Virus record (IMG/VR): IMGVR_UViG_3300017645_000004
Location: 1-46,593 of that record
Direction: 5' to 3' (one strand)
DNA from: a virus
Taxonomy: Duplodnaviria; Caudoviricetes
Length of the DNA: 46,593 nucleotides
In this document: in pieces, positions 46,022 to 46,593 of the stretch
How positions within the stretch are numbered: position 1 is the stretch's first letter
Layout of the letters: the number at the start of each line of letters is the position of its first letter
Notes under the pieces: generated by a model
What the model was told of the DNA's origin: nothing
What the model saw: only the letters and a program-made list of their open reading frames with translations
Databases searched by the model: none
Translations under genes and position numbers: made by a program

Positions 46022-46044
46022 TTTTTGGCTCCATTTTGGCTCTC
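46022..46044. promoter_or_regulatory. Putative integrase arm-type sites (right)
   Basis: TGGCTCC/TGGCTCT tandem at 11-bp spacing immediately upstream of the integrase ATG. Confidence 0.6.
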
Positions 46045-46185
46045 AAATCACTCGCGTAGCGGCGAGCGACCACGAGAAGCCGTGAACATTCTGGAACCAA
46101 TTATATCGTGAAAAGCGCTTTGTTCCCGGGCACTTAGGGAGAACTATGAGGCGCCATGAGATGGCGTCTCAGGTGCTTCGCTCCC

Positions 46186-46205
46186 GCTTGGGAAGCTGCC
46201 GTTCT
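46186..46205 (+). repeat. Right att core GCTTGGGAAGCTGCCGTTCT
   Basis: Exact match to 357-376; about 165 bp from the integrase start. Confidence 0.92.
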
Positions 46206-46224
46206 ACCATTGAACTACGCCCGC
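46186..46224 (-). pseudogene. 5' fragment of host tRNA-Gly(CCC)
   Basis: GCGGGCGTAGTTCAATGGTAGAACGGCAGCTTCCCAAGC, then non-tRNA sequence with no T-arm. Confidence 0.9.
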
Positions 46225-46511
46225 ATCGGCGCGGACCATAGCCAATCCCCGCCGCGGCTTGCAAGCGCGCTTTAGCCATTGAAGCCCTTCGACAATCTAA
46301 GCCGGGTGCCGGACCTTTGAGCCAGGGCCCGAAACGTCCACGTGCCGTTCGCAGCGCCTTTGTATGGCCCCCAACCTTCTCGCCCCGCTTAACGGAATCT
46401 AGGGACGTTGCGGGGCATTAATACCCGTCTTTTCGCGCCCGCCTTCGCGGTGCTGCCGCCTAGTGATCTTGTTTTCCTGCTCTTCACCGACCCAAACGGA
46501 AAAGCATCGTC

Positions 46512-46593
46512 ATGAGCACGATCGGCATTCGCGGCACGTTCTTCGACTTCATCGACGATCCCTGGAAGCACGTGGGCAAGGAGCAGGACGCCG
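46512..46593 (+). CDS. guaD: Host guanine deaminase, N-terminal part
   Basis: MSTIGIRGTFFDFIDDPWKH N-terminus recognised from alphaproteobacterial GuaD; only 27 aa visible. Confidence 0.65.
   Translation, partial: MSTIGIRGTFFDFIDDPWKHVGKEQDA

Larger units (their letters stand above)
357..46205. mobile_element. Integrated prophage / mobilisable-element hybrid in tRNA-Gly(CCC)
   Basis: Identical 20-bp direct repeats at both ends derived from a split tRNA-Gly; tyrosine integrase next to the right repeat; complete head, tail and lysis gene set inside. Confidence 0.93.

Noticed and set aside
46300-46500. Possible purine riboswitch upstream of guaD
   Set aside because: No match to riboswitch consensus sequences I can recognise; needs an Rfam scan
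1-46593. CRISPR array, retron or diversity-generating retroelement
   Set aside because: No regularly spaced repeats, cas genes or reverse transcriptase motifs seen

Overview
The window holds one complete ~45.8 kb integrated element (357-46205, bounded by a 20-bp direct repeat) inserted into a tRNA-Gly(CCC) gene. The host is probably a Rhizobiales-type alphaproteobacterium, inferred from the guanine deaminase start on the right flank. Almost everything reads on the minus strand. From right to left the element carries: a tyrosine integrase and AlpA-like excisionase; a VirD4/TraG-like coupling ATPase and a replication-relaxation family protein, with no mating-pair genes; DUF3768/DUF1419-like genes typical of plasmids; a full siphovirus-type morphogenesis and lysis module (TerS, TerL, portal-MuF fusion, Mu-like protease, capsid, neck, tail tube, G/GT chaperone, tape measure, Dit, Tal, M23 endolysin); an IS1595 transposase flanked by long, highly structured non-coding DNA; early genes (N6-MTase-like, YopX, Bet, NinB-like, SF2 helicase); and a NotI-family REase / C5-MTase / Vsr cassette. 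The most unusual observations are: (1) the phage plus mobilisation-module hybrid; (2) a miniaturised, Walker-A-less paralogue of the coupling protein sitting where a repressor would normally be; (3) several candidate large structured ncRNAs, notably ~13085-13620; (4) destruction of the host tRNA combined with carriage of a recoded full replacement; (5) an A9 slippery run at the portal/MuF junction; and (6) widespread leaderless gene starts and other traits reminiscent of Patescibacteria. All family calls come from motif recognition by eye, without database searches.
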